From a virus, in IMG/VR virus record IMGVR_UViG_3300028840_002702, positions 1 through 64,000 of that record: DNA of 64,000 nt, one strand, 5' to 3'. The notes below the pieces were generated by a model. It had not been told where the DNA came from, made no database searches, and saw only the letters and a list, made by a program, of their open reading frames with translations. How positions within the stretch are numbered: position 1 is the stretch's first letter; each line of letters starts with the position of its first letter. Shown piece by piece: positions 21,224 through 31,685 of the stretch. A program made the position numbers and the translations under genes.

Positions 21224-22684
21224 ATGATTGATTTTTCAAATGTAACATTTATATATCACTATAGAAAAGACTGTGACGAACGTCTTGAAAATTTAAAGAT
21301 TTCACTTGGATATTACAAAGAGCATTTTAAAGATGTTGAAGTAATTTTAGTAGAAGATGATAAAGCATTAACTATTGATAAAGAAAAAGAACTTATGTCT
21401 ATGATTGATAAAGTATTCTTTTTGAAAAATAGTGGTGTTTATGCTCGACCAGCTAGTTATAATGTTGCTGCTAAGTTATCTACTAGACCAATTATTATGA
21501 CTATGGATACTGATGTTATTCTTAAACCTGAATATCTTGAAAAAGCTATTAAACTTCTTGATAATGAAAAAATTGGTATGATTATTCCTTATAATGGCAT
21601 TGTGATTAATACTGATCAAACAATTAAAGATAAGTTTAAAGAAAATGCTAATTATGATATTCTATTAGATTATGTTCCAAAGCAATTTGATATTCTTTAT
21701 AAAGAAGAACATACTCAAATTCAACACAATAGAAGTGTTGGCGGTATTACAATTTTTAAGAAAGACCGTTACAATGATTTTGGTGGTTATAATCCAAACT
21801 TTCTTGGTTGGGGATTTGAAGACAATGAACTTGTTTGCCGTATTAAGAAAATGGGTTATGAAATTGGTCGTATTAATAATAAAGATGCTTGGATTTGGCA
21901 TTTAACTCATCCTGGAACAATTAAAAATAATCATCCATTCTATGATAATAATCAAAAAATTAATAATGCGGTTACTCGAATGAATAAAGAAGAATTGCGT
22001 TTATATATTGATTCTTGGATGAAAAATGCAAGTGCTGAATTTGCTGAAATGATTAAAGGAAAACGTGTTGCAGTTGTTGGTCCAGCACCTCATATTGTTG
22101 GATCTAAACAACGTGAACTTATTGATTCTTATGATATTGTTGTACGTATCAATAAAGCTCTTCCAATTCCAGAACATTTACAAGTTGATATTGGAACAAA
22201 AACTGATCTTCTTTATAATTGTCTTAATACTTGGGATGAATGTGGCGGAGCATATAATATTGATCTTTGGAAAAAAAGTGGAGCTCAATGGGTTATTTGC
22301 CCATATCCACCAATTAAACCATTTGATGTTGATATCAAAAAATTTATAAATCATAATAATAATCGTATTCCATTTAGACATTTTCCAATTGGTCCATATA
22401 ATGAGTTATTTAAAACTTTAGGTACACGACCAAATTCTGGTTATTTGGCAATTCTTGATTTATTAATGTATGATATTGAAGAACTTTATATTACAGGATT
22501 TTCCTTCTTTAAAGGTGGCTATTATCCAGAATATAGACAAAAGAATGAACAACAAGTAATGGACTTTATGTCTAAAGGATGTGGTCACAAACAAGGTCCA
22601 CAGATTGAACATTTTAAAGCTTTAATGAGAAAAGATAGTCGAATTAAAGTTGATGATTATTTAAAGGATATGTTAAATGATTAA
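21224..22684 (+). CDS. two-domain glycosyltransferase: GT-A (GT2/GT7C-like) plus GT29 sialyltransferase-like domain
   Basis: DTD and GGYNPNFLGWGFED; C-domain KRVAVVGPA...IDSYDIVVRIN...DIGTKT (L-sialylmotif-like) and PNSG...ITGFSF (S-motif-like). Confidence 0.75.
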   Translation: MIDFSNVTFIYHYRKDCDERLENLKISLGYYKEHFKDVEVILVEDDKALTIDKEKELMSMIDKVFFLKNSGVYARPASYNVAAKLSTRPIIMTMDTDVILKPEYLEKAIKLLDNEKIGMIIPYNGIVINTDQTIKDKFKENANYDILLDYVPKQFDILYKEEHTQIQHNRSVGGITIFKKDRYNDFGGYNPNFLGWGFEDNELVCRIKKMGYEIGRINNKDAWIWHLTHPGTIKNNHPFYDNNQKINNAVTRMNKEELRLYIDSWMKNASAEFAEMIKGKRVAVVGPAPHIVGSKQRELIDSYDIVVRINKALPIPEHLQVDIGTKTDLLYNCLNTWDECGGAYNIDLWKKSGAQWVICPYPPIKPFDVDIKKFINHNNNRIPFRHFPIGPYNELFKTLGTRPNSGYLAILDLLMYDIEELYITGFSFFKGGYYPEYRQKNEQQVMDFMSKGCGHKQGPQIEHFKALMRKDSRIKVDDYLKDMLND

Positions 22685-23324
22685 AAATACATTAAAGATA
22701 AATATAGATTTATCAACAGCTACCAAATATGATAAACTTATAGGAAATTTAAGTAAAAATATGTATGGAAGAATATGTGAAGCCCCAGCAGTTCATATTC
22801 TTCCAATAATAAAAGATTATATGGGAGATAAATGTAAAGTTTATGTTGAAACTGGATCTTTATTCGGAGGATCTTTAATATTATTAATGCAAGATGAAAC
22901 ACCATGTGAATTTATTGGTATTGATTTATTTGATGGTTATTACGATAAAGATATAGATCCAGTATCAAAATTAACTTTATGTGTAGATGATGTTCATAAA
23001 AATATTGAAAAATATAATAAACATGAACATAAATATACTCTTATTAAAGGAAGTTCATATGATCTAAACACTGTAGAAAAATTTAGAAGTTTAGGAAAAA
23101 GTATTGATCTATTATTTATTGACGGAGATCATTCTGAAATAGGTGTTCTTGGTGATTATAATTCTTATAAGGAATTTGTAAATAAAGACGGATTAATTAT
23201 GTTCGATAATTATGAATCATGTTGGAAAGAAGTAAAACCAACAGTTGATTCAATTGATTTTGAAAATGATGGATTTCAAAAAATAGGTCAATATGGACAA
23301 GCATTAATAGTTAAGAAAAAATGA
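22677..23324 (+). CDS. class I SAM methyltransferase (Methyltransf_24-like)
   Basis: VETGSLFGGS, GIDLF, IDLLFIDGDHS, MFDNY motifs. Confidence 0.85.
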   Translation: MIKNTLKINIDLSTATKYDKLIGNLSKNMYGRICEAPAVHILPIIKDYMGDKCKVYVETGSLFGGSLILLMQDETPCEFIGIDLFDGYYDKDIDPVSKLTLCVDDVHKNIEKYNKHEHKYTLIKGSSYDLNTVEKFRSLGKSIDLLFIDGDHSEIGVLGDYNSYKEFVNKDGLIMFDNYESCWKEVKPTVDSIDFENDGFQKIGQYGQALIVKKK

Positions 23325-24019
23325 GTTATACATTAAAAATATATGGTGAAAGATGTTCTGGTACTAATTATCTTAAAGAGCTTTTAAAGAAAAATATCAA
23401 AGAACAAGTTTATATGCATACAGATAAAAATCATATAGTTAATTATTGGAAACATGCATGTCCTGAAGAAATTAAAAGTACCGAACGTTTTACAGTAAAA
23501 GGCGATAAAATTTTATATATTTTTATCATACGTGAGTTAGATTCATGGTTAAAATCATTTTTCAAATATCAATATCATCTTGTAAAGAAAAAATATTTTA
23601 AACAATTTGTAAAAGATCCATTTGTTGTTAAACATACACATAAAGACTATTTTTCAAATAAGTCTATTAATTTTGATGATGAAGATAAAACAGTTTTTGA
23701 ATTAAGATATTATAAGATAAATTCTTATTTAGAATTTGCAAAAACACACGATTGTATTTTTGTTAATCTTTATTGGTTGCAACAAAATTATAAGAAATTT
23801 TTTGATATAATAAAAGAAAATTTTTCTGATATTAGAATTAATGAAAATATTGTAAATATTGATAAACATACAAAAACAAAAAATTCTATTAAAAATAGAA
23901 CATATAATGATATTGATATAGAAGAAGTAAGAAATTTAATATCAAATCAGACTGATAAAATTATGGAAGATTTTGTAAATAATTTAACTTATAAAATAGA
24001 GAAAAATGGAGAGAAATAA
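23321..24019 (+). CDS. putative PAPS-dependent sulfotransferase
   Basis: GERCSGTNYL (5'-PSB-like loop), WKH, IIRELDSWLKSF (3'-PB-like motif). Confidence 0.6.
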   Translation: MSYTLKIYGERCSGTNYLKELLKKNIKEQVYMHTDKNHIVNYWKHACPEEIKSTERFTVKGDKILYIFIIRELDSWLKSFFKYQYHLVKKKYFKQFVKDPFVVKHTHKDYFSNKSINFDDEDKTVFELRYYKINSYLEFAKTHDCIFVNLYWLQQNYKKFFDIIKENFSDIRINENIVNIDKHTKTKNSIKNRTYNDIDIEEVRNLISNQTDKIMEDFVNNLTYKIEKNGEK

Positions 24020-25026
24020 TGAAACCAATTATTACATTATTGGGTTATACAGGATCAAATCATTCACATTATTGGCCACAGCTAAGATTTTTTGACGTTT
24101 TTAAACATGCTGGTTATGATGTTGAATGGGTAAATATGAATGAAGTTCGCCAGACAAATCGCCCAAGAATTTATATTACATGGAATCAACCTGCATGTGA
24201 TATAGTCGTTGCAAGAGGTCTTTATAACCATAAGCGTGGAGATGTAATTATTCAGAAATTAACTTCACTTGGAGCTGGTGATGATCATGTTAATTGGGGA
24301 AATGATGCAATGGGTTTCTTCCAAAAATGGTCTTGGAATACTTATAAACGTGTAGAATATTTTTATGATATGGGTGTAAATATTCATGCTTTTGGTTGTA
24401 AAACAGTATCTGAACCATTTCCTGAAAAACATCGTATAGTATCAAAACTTGGTGATAGAGTTCATTGGTTTAATTGGGGTCCTTGTCTTTATGATTATAA
24501 TGAACTTCAAAATATGAAACCAATTATAACTGATTTTAAATATGATATTGGTTATGTTGGAATGAAGTGGGGATCAGTTGGTCGTGGAAATATTGATTCA
24601 TGGGAAACTTATATTGATCCATTAGTAAAAGAATTTTCAAATAATGCTTTAGCTGGTGCTGGAAATCCAATGGGTCAAGTTAGTAATGAAGTTCATAAAG
24701 AAATTTTAACACAGTCTAGATTATGTCCAATTATGCACTGTCCTTCATGGATTGCAGAACAAGGTTGCCAAGATAGAACATATACTGTATTTGCATCTGG
24801 TAGATTTGGTGTTATTGATAATCCAGGAATTTACGAGTTCTTCGATGAAAAAGAAGTTGTATGTGAAACAGATCCGGGTGAATATTTTGAGAAATCAAAA
24901 TACTTTGCTAATAATATAGATGCACAGATTCCTTATATTGAAACATTCCAAAAACGTATTAAGGAAGAGCTTAATTTCTATGTCACATGGCCTAGAATTA
25001 TAGAAAAGGTTTGGAAGGAAAATTAA
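24019..25026 (+). CDS. GT-B glycosyltransferase (CgeB/Glyco_trans_1_2-like)
   Basis: YDIGYVG, DRTYTVFASG, EFFDEKEVV C-terminal domain; glycan island context. Confidence 0.6.
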   Translation: MKPIITLLGYTGSNHSHYWPQLRFFDVFKHAGYDVEWVNMNEVRQTNRPRIYITWNQPACDIVVARGLYNHKRGDVIIQKLTSLGAGDDHVNWGNDAMGFFQKWSWNTYKRVEYFYDMGVNIHAFGCKTVSEPFPEKHRIVSKLGDRVHWFNWGPCLYDYNELQNMKPIITDFKYDIGYVGMKWGSVGRGNIDSWETYIDPLVKEFSNNALAGAGNPMGQVSNEVHKEILTQSRLCPIMHCPSWIAEQGCQDRTYTVFASGRFGVIDNPGIYEFFDEKEVVCETDPGEYFEKSKYFANNIDAQIPYIETFQKRIKEELNFYVTWPRIIEKVWKEN

Positions 25027-25027
25027 G

Positions 25028-25837
25028 ATGAGTTTAATAAGTCAAAAAGAATATGATAAACTTCCAAATAAAGAAGATTATACTGCTCTATCAGGTGTTA
25101 TTCCATTAAATAACGAAATAGTTTATATACATAATGACGAAATTATAGTAGATCAAGATACATATCATAACTGTAATTGTATGTCTGTTGCTACTGGTGA
25201 CGAAACATTCGAAGAAGAATTTTCAATGAGAACTTTTCCTCCATCATTAAACGATAATGAATGGTGGAGGATTGGTGAGGATCCAGATCCTATAAAACAA
25301 AAGTTAAAACTACATCTAGGTTGTGGTAATAAACATATTGACGGTTATACAAATATCGATTGTAGATATCAACCAGGTGTAGATAAAATTGATAATGTTC
25401 AATATCTTCGTAGTTATAAAGAATGTAGCATAGATGAAATTTATGCTTGTCATGTTCTTGAACATGTTGGCAGATGGAATTATCTAGATACGCTTAAACG
25501 TTGGTTTAATCTTTTAAAACCTGGTGCTAAACTTTATATTGCAGTTCCTGATTTTGAAGCGATTGCCGAATATTATATCAAAAATAAGAAAAGTCAACAA
25601 GATATTATTGGTCTTCTTTACGGCGGTCAAGATTACGAAGGTAATATTCATACATACTGTTGGGACTTTAAACAACTTTCAATTGATTTAGCTTCTCTTG
25701 GATTTAAAGATATTAAACGTTATGATTGGCGAGAAACTGATCATGCACATATTGACGATTTTTCTCAATGTTACTTGCCTCATATGGACAAAGAAAACGG
25801 AACATTAATGAGTTTAAATGTGGTTGCAACAAAATGA
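25028..25837 (+). CDS. class I SAM methyltransferase (Methyltransf_11-like)
   Basis: KLHLGCG, IYACHVLEH, LKPGA..IAVPD motifs. Confidence 0.85.
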   Translation: MSLISQKEYDKLPNKEDYTALSGVIPLNNEIVYIHNDEIIVDQDTYHNCNCMSVATGDETFEEEFSMRTFPPSLNDNEWWRIGEDPDPIKQKLKLHLGCGNKHIDGYTNIDCRYQPGVDKIDNVQYLRSYKECSIDEIYACHVLEHVGRWNYLDTLKRWFNLLKPGAKLYIAVPDFEAIAEYYIKNKKSQQDIIGLLYGGQDYEGNIHTYCWDFKQLSIDLASLGFKDIKRYDWRETDHAHIDDFSQCYLPHMDKENGTLMSLNVVATK

Positions 25838-26694
25838 TTAGAGTAGCACTTAAAAATTTTTGGAAAACATGTCCAAATGAAAAGTTTGCGATGGATATGT
25901 TGGCACCAATGCAAAATGATTTCGATATTGTTTACGACGAAGAAAATCCTGATATCGAAATCTGCTCTACTTTTGGCACTGAACCTCTTAATCCAAAAAT
26001 TATTAGTGTTTTTTGGGCTATGGAAGGTATCTGGGATATTAAAAAGTTCGATATATCAAAGTATGATTATGCATTTTACTTCTTTCCAGAATCTATGGTC
26101 AATGATCCTAAATATTGTAGAATTAATATGGTTTCACCAGGACTAGTTGGTCCACGAAATATTAATATTAACGAAGTAAAATTAACACATACTAAATTTT
26201 GCAATTTTATTTATAGTCATCCTGTTCCATTTAGAAACGAAATGTGTGGGGTAATATCTCAATATAAACGTGTAGATGCACCCGGATGTTGTATGAATAA
26301 TATGGAACCAATTGGAAAACATAGTGATCCATGGACAAGTAGAAATTCTAGTTCTTGGGTAAATGAAAAATTTGAGTTTCTTAAGCAATATAAATTTACA
26401 ATTGCATGTGAAAATCATAGTCTTCCAGGATATGTTACTGAAAAAATTATTCAACCATTAAATGCAAATAGCATTCCGCTATATTGGGGTAATCCATATA
26501 TCGCTTTAGATTATAATCCAAAAGCTTTTATTAATTATTATGACTTTGGAAATATGATTGATTTTGTCAAAAAAATCAAAGAAGTCGATAATGATAATAA
26601 ATTGTATGAAGCAATGCTACATGAACCAAAAGCATTTCAGCATAATCAACAACGTAGTATAGATCATTGGGCAAAAATTTTGTTATCAGTTTAG
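25834..26694 (+). CDS. GT10 alpha-1,3-fucosyltransferase-like
   Basis: KFCNFIYS, YKFTIACEN...GYVTEKI, IPLYWG motifs; start corrected to the ATG at 25834. Confidence 0.88.
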   Translation: MIRVALKNFWKTCPNEKFAMDMLAPMQNDFDIVYDEENPDIEICSTFGTEPLNPKIISVFWAMEGIWDIKKFDISKYDYAFYFFPESMVNDPKYCRINMVSPGLVGPRNININEVKLTHTKFCNFIYSHPVPFRNEMCGVISQYKRVDAPGCCMNNMEPIGKHSDPWTSRNSSSWVNEKFEFLKQYKFTIACENHSLPGYVTEKIIQPLNANSIPLYWGNPYIALDYNPKAFINYYDFGNMIDFVKKIKEVDNDNKLYEAMLHEPKAFQHNQQRSIDHWAKILLSV

Positions 26695-26722
26695 TTTACA
26701 TTGAAAAAAATTAGATTATAAT
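26694..26722 (+). promoter_or_regulatory. early/middle promoter GTTTAC-N17-TATAAT
   Basis: Conserved spaced motif followed by GAGG RBS. Confidence 0.7.
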
Positions 26723-26738
26723 AATCAAAGAGGTTAAT

Positions 26739-27557
26739 ATGATCAAAATAAAATTTCATGCAAACTGGCGGCCAGATGATTATGTCTTCAACTGGATTTC
26801 TAAATATACAGCCAACGGTACAACGTGGGGAGATCTTCAACTTGTTTCTGGTAATGATTATGATTATTTAGTTATTATGAATTACCCAACTAGTGGATAT
26901 AAATTCGATCCAAAACGTGCAATCTTTCTACAAACCGAAGCTCCTGATATTAGACGTAATTGGGGTAAATGGAATGATTCTATGGATAAATCTCCATACT
27001 TTTATGTCTATCCTTTCCCAACTGTATTTGGTTGGTCGATGAATATTTCTTACCAAGAACTTCAAGAAAAAGAATTTGATAAAATTTCCGTTATGTCTGG
27101 TGTTATTTCTAATAAGAATCACTTTTATGGACAAAAACGACGTCTTGAATTTGTTAACAAATATTTGAAAAACAAAGATTATTACACTGCATTTGGTCGT
27201 GGTAATGGACTACCAACTGTTGATAAAAGTGAAGCTTTATATGATTACAAATATACTTTTAATGTAGAAAACCAATTTGAGAAAAATTTTATTACTGAAA
27301 AACTTCATGATGGATTTATTGCAGAATGTTTAACTTTTTATGACGGTTGTCCAAATACTGAAGATTTTTATGATGACGACGCATATATCAGAATTGATAT
27401 TTCCGATTATGATAAAACTATTACAATTATCGAACAAGCAATTGAAGATAATGAATGGCAAAAGCGTCTTGAAAAAATTAAACAAATGAAATATAGAATT
27501 ATGAATGAATTACAACCAATGCCTTTGGTTGAAAAAATTATTAAGGAAAATCAATAA
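26739..27557 (+). CDS. GT10 fucosyltransferase-like
   Basis: YKYTFNVEN...NFITEKLHDG...FYDGCPN motif. Confidence 0.82.
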   Translation: MIKIKFHANWRPDDYVFNWISKYTANGTTWGDLQLVSGNDYDYLVIMNYPTSGYKFDPKRAIFLQTEAPDIRRNWGKWNDSMDKSPYFYVYPFPTVFGWSMNISYQELQEKEFDKISVMSGVISNKNHFYGQKRRLEFVNKYLKNKDYYTAFGRGNGLPTVDKSEALYDYKYTFNVENQFEKNFITEKLHDGFIAECLTFYDGCPNTEDFYDDDAYIRIDISDYDKTITIIEQAIEDNEWQKRLEKIKQMKYRIMNELQPMPLVEKIIKENQ

Positions 27558-27558
27558 T

Positions 27559-28143
27559 ATGCATGGACATATTTTAATACTCGAAAATAAAGATACTATG
27601 AAAGACAATATTGTTGGTGGTATTTTGGTAGAAATTGGATCTGATAGAGCATCTGGATCTACTAAAGCATTAGCTCAAATGGCTAAAGAATTTGATATGG
27701 ATTTCTATACTGTTGATCCAGACGAAGGTGCGTATGAACGTTCAACAAATATTCTTAAAAATATTGATGAAGATTTTAAAGCTGTACAAGATCTTGGTGA
27801 AAATTTCTTAGATAAATTTGATGGTGAAATTAATTTGATTTATATGGATGCGTTTGATAATGTATTAGAAAATTGGCCACATAAACAAGCAACAATTGAT
27901 ACTTATAAGAAACGTGGTGTTGATCTTAATAATGAAAATTCTTGGAAAATGCATCTAGAGGCATGTCAAAATGCGATTGATAAAATTCCAGTTGGATGCT
28001 ATATTTGTTTTGATGATACAGTTCAACGTGGCAATGAATGGGAAGGCAAAGGTAAATTAGCAATTCCATTCTTATTAAAAAATGGTTTTGATATTATTGA
28101 TAATGACTATAATAATTGTCTAATACTTCAGAAGGAAAAATAA
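27559..28143 (+). CDS. class I SAM methyltransferase-like
   Basis: VEIGS, TVD, LIYMDAFD, FDDT, GKGKLAIPFL motifs; start corrected to 27559. Confidence 0.7.
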   Translation: MHGHILILENKDTMKDNIVGGILVEIGSDRASGSTKALAQMAKEFDMDFYTVDPDEGAYERSTNILKNIDEDFKAVQDLGENFLDKFDGEINLIYMDAFDNVLENWPHKQATIDTYKKRGVDLNNENSWKMHLEACQNAIDKIPVGCYICFDDTVQRGNEWEGKGKLAIPFLLKNGFDIIDNDYNNCLILQKEK

Positions 28144-28805
28144 TGGCCCATAAAATTTTTATTCCAATTAAGGCGGAATCGCAAAGAGTACCTGGAAAAA
28201 ATTTCAGAGATTTTCATGGTAAACCTTTATGGAAACATACATTAGATAAATTAGTAGATTATGATGTATACGTAGATACAGATTCTGGTGTTTTAGTAAG
28301 AGAACTTGAAGAAACATACGAAAATGTAACTGTAATTCCAAGACGTCAAATGCATATAGGAAATGATGTTCCTGTTAATTGGTTGCTTGGTTATTTTGCA
28401 AATGAATGTCATGAAGACGATATCGTAGCACAAGTTCACGTAACATCTCCATTCTTAAAAGCTGAAACGCTTGATAAAATATTTAAAATGTTTGAAGGTG
28501 GTGGAGTTGATTCAGTAGCAACTGTTGATGTTATTCAAGCAAGATGTTGGCGAACAGAAGCACCGAAAAGATTTATTCCAATTAACCATGATCCAGAGAT
28601 TCTTGAACAAACACAAGATATTAATCCTGTTTATGTTGAGAATTCTTTAGTTTATGCGTTTCATGTTAGTCATTTTTTGAATACGCGAAATAGATTTAGT
28701 GGAGCTTATAAGCTCTTTTATGAAACACAATTTCCTGAAAGTTTAGATATTGATACAGAAGCAGATTGGGATTTGTGTGTTAAAATGGGAGAAATTTACA
28801 AATGA
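28143..28805 (+). CDS. CMP-ulosonate synthetase (NeuA/KdsB-like cytidylyltransferase)
   Basis: IPIKAESQRVPGKNFR, VDTDS, HVTSPF, ENS, DIDTEAD motifs. Confidence 0.85.
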   Translation: MAHKIFIPIKAESQRVPGKNFRDFHGKPLWKHTLDKLVDYDVYVDTDSGVLVRELEETYENVTVIPRRQMHIGNDVPVNWLLGYFANECHEDDIVAQVHVTSPFLKAETLDKIFKMFEGGGVDSVATVDVIQARCWRTEAPKRFIPINHDPEILEQTQDINPVYVENSLVYAFHVSHFLNTRNRFSGAYKLFYETQFPESLDIDTEADWDLCVKMGEIYK

Positions 28806-30937
28806 ATAATGGTAATGGATTGAAATTTATTTTTGGCATTAAAGCTTTAGATCCATATAAGACAAGAAGATTAATAGAACAATTTGAACAAACACGTAGT
28901 AAAAATACTAATTGGCTTCTTATTGTAGCATATAATAGATTTGATTCAGAAGTTTGTGAAATTGTTAGTATGCTTGATAATCTAACAAAAGTTGAAACAA
29001 TCGCTCTAAATTGTATTAATAATCCAGGTCAAATGACTAATAAGATTTTTAAAGAAGCCAGTAAATATGAATTTGATTATGGTTTTATTGCAAGTGATTC
29101 TGTTCAATTTAAAAAAGAAGGCTGGGATGGTCTTTATTATAATGCATCAAATTATACAAATTATGACTGCTTATATTTCTATGATCAAGAAAACCCAGTT
29201 TGTAATGAGACTCCTCGTAATTGGAGCCCTGTTATTAATAGATGTCAATTAAAGCATGTTAGAGATACATTTTTTACTTTTACAAAATATTCTCTTAACA
29301 AAGTTGGTTATTATGATTTAGAAAATATGCCAATATTAGCAGCACACGATTTCTTTTTAAGAGCTGCTGATCTAAGTTTCAACGATAAATATGATCCTTA
29401 TGATGCATTTAATAGTGAGCAATACGTAAAAGCTGATCCAGAATTTCCACCATTTGCAGGCGTTGATTCACCAGAACTTAAGAGAATGAGTCAACCACGT
29501 ACATCACATAGAGTCGAATTTAAAAGTATTTATGATAAACTTTTCGATTGTGATAAGATTGTAACATTTGTTATGTGTCTTAAAGAACGATCTGATCGTG
29601 CAATGAAATCTATTAAAAGTGTTGTAACAGCGGCAAATTTAAAATATATGGATTTTATCATTGTTGAAGATAAAAGTCTTGATCAATTAGATCTTTCGAA
29701 GTTTAAATATGTTGATAAAATCAAACATTATGTTGTTAACACTGGTGATTCTTGGAATAGATCAAAGCTTTTAAATTTTGGATTTAAACGTGCAACAACA
29801 CCATTAATCGCAAGTTGGGATTGTGACATTCTATTTCCTAAAGCTTTTGGGAAAAAATTAAAAGAAGTTTGTGATCCACTTGATTTTGAAAGAAATATTA
29901 TGAAAATTAATTCAAAAGAATCTGCAGAATGTTTCGTTAATGGTACTCTTTATGAAAAGGGAGCGATTAGAGGCGGAATGTGGTTATATGATAAAAATGT
30001 TCTTGAATCAGTTGGTGGATATGACGAAGCATTTGTAGAATGGGGTCATGAAGAAATGGATATTCATGAACGTCTTGAACGAGCTCGTCAAACTAATATT
30101 ATTGAAATGAAAGATATTAATATAGATTTAATTCTTACTCATATTTCTCATAGTGATTCTTTACGTGGTGATTGTGTTAATAATCATAGAAATCATGATA
30201 TTCGCTGTGCTCATAAACATTATGGAATTACAAATGTTAATCATAATGGTTGGGGTCAACTTCCAATTTTAAGAAAAAGAAGTACTGATACAGCGTATGC
30301 TAATTTTCTTAAAGGAAAACGTGTTGCAGTTGTTGGTCCAGCACCTTCTATTATTGGATCTAAACAAAGAAAATTAATAGATTCTTATGATGTAGTTGTT
30401 CGTATAAATAAAGCAATGCCAGTTCCAAAGAATCTTTATAAAGATACTGGCGGTCGATGTGATGTACTTTATAATTGTATGAATACAAGTGAAGAATGTG
30501 GTGGAACTATTGATTTTATCGCATTAAAAAAAGGTAAAACAAAATGGATTGCTTGTCCTTATCCAAAAGCTGGTGAATTTGAAAAAGATGTAACTAAATT
30601 TGAACAAATAAATCCCAAGTTTCCATTTCATGTAATTGATACTGAAAGATACTTTGCTGTTGAAAATTATATTGGAACACGTCCAAATACAGGAATTGGT
30701 ACAATTCTTGACTTACTTGATCACGACATTGAAGAACTTTATATAACTGGATTTACATTTTTCCAAGGTGGTTATCATGAACATTACCGTGGTTATACTG
30801 AAGAACATGTAATGGATTTTATGGCTCAATATGGAAAACACGATCAAGAACCTCAGAAGAATTTAATTAAAGAACTATATTTGTATGATCCTCGTATTAA
30901 TGTAGATGAAACACTTAAAGAAATTTTGGAGAGATAA
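28802..30937 (+). CDS. multi-domain glycosyltransferase: GT-A domain(s) plus GT29 sialyltransferase-like domain
   Basis: WNRSKLLNFG, DCD, GGYDEAFVEWGHEE; C-domain closely paralogous to that of 21224-22684. Confidence 0.75.
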   Translation: MNNGNGLKFIFGIKALDPYKTRRLIEQFEQTRSKNTNWLLIVAYNRFDSEVCEIVSMLDNLTKVETIALNCINNPGQMTNKIFKEASKYEFDYGFIASDSVQFKKEGWDGLYYNASNYTNYDCLYFYDQENPVCNETPRNWSPVINRCQLKHVRDTFFTFTKYSLNKVGYYDLENMPILAAHDFFLRAADLSFNDKYDPYDAFNSEQYVKADPEFPPFAGVDSPELKRMSQPRTSHRVEFKSIYDKLFDCDKIVTFVMCLKERSDRAMKSIKSVVTAANLKYMDFIIVEDKSLDQLDLSKFKYVDKIKHYVVNTGDSWNRSKLLNFGFKRATTPLIASWDCDILFPKAFGKKLKEVCDPLDFERNIMKINSKESAECFVNGTLYEKGAIRGGMWLYDKNVLESVGGYDEAFVEWGHEEMDIHERLERARQTNIIEMKDINIDLILTHISHSDSLRGDCVNNHRNHDIRCAHKHYGITNVNHNGWGQLPILRKRSTDTAYANFLKGKRVAVVGPAPSIIGSKQRKLIDSYDVVVRINKAMPVPKNLYKDTGGRCDVLYNCMNTSEECGGTIDFIALKKGKTKWIACPYPKAGEFEKDVTKFEQINPKFPFHVIDTERYFAVENYIGTRPNTGIGTILDLLDHDIEELYITGFTFFQGGYHEHYRGYTEEHVMDFMAQYGKHDQEPQKNLIKELYLYDPRINVDETLKEILER

Positions 30938-30938
30938 T

Positions 30939-31685
30939 ATGCCAATACGTTCCGAAAATTATAATGCTCGTCAAGATATCAACTTATGGCAACAAATTCC
31001 ATCTACGGTAGTAACTGAAATATATACACAATTTACTAGAGTAAATGGAATCGTATTTGATTTAGAACATGGTTGTTTTAACGATGAAACTTTATATTCG
31101 TGTATTCAAGTTGCATGTCTTGGTAAAAAACGTCCAATAGTTAGACTTCCTTATTTAGATAAAGGTAGATTAAGAATGTGTTTAGATGCTGGTGTTGGTG
31201 GTGTAATTCTATCAACAGTTGAAACTAAAAAACAAGCACAAAAATTTCTTGATGAATGTCTTTATTCTAGAAAACGAGGTCAGGGACTTGTTCGTCAAAA
31301 TATGTGGAATGATGCTATGATAGCAGATGGTAGAAATTATATTGACAATCATTTACAAATTATTCCACAGATCGAAACTAAGAAAGGTGTAGAAAATATT
31401 GACAAAATTTATGATAAGCGATTTACTTATTATATGGTTGGCCCTTATGATCTATCCGCAAGTTATGGATGTGCTGGTAATTTTGAAGCTCCAGAATTTC
31501 AAAATGCAATGTCTAAATTGGGACAAAAATTAGGTGAGGATGGTAAATTAGCTTTCCATCTTGTTAAAGATATAACTAAATCAAAAGTATATGCTAAGGC
31601 TGATTGTGGAATGCTAGCACTTGGCATGGATACAATTTTTTTAAATGAAGGAATGGAACAATGTATAAAGATAGTATCGCGGTAA
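30939..31685 (+). CDS. HpcH/HpaI-family pyruvate aldolase
   Basis: DLEHG, LDAG, QIET..GVENI, VGPYDLS.S.G motifs. Confidence 0.88.
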   Translation: MPIRSENYNARQDINLWQQIPSTVVTEIYTQFTRVNGIVFDLEHGCFNDETLYSCIQVACLGKKRPIVRLPYLDKGRLRMCLDAGVGGVILSTVETKKQAQKFLDECLYSRKRGQGLVRQNMWNDAMIADGRNYIDNHLQIIPQIETKKGVENIDKIYDKRFTYYMVGPYDLSASYGCAGNFEAPEFQNAMSKLGQKLGEDGKLAFHLVKDITKSKVYAKADCGMLALGMDTIFLNEGMEQCIKIVSR

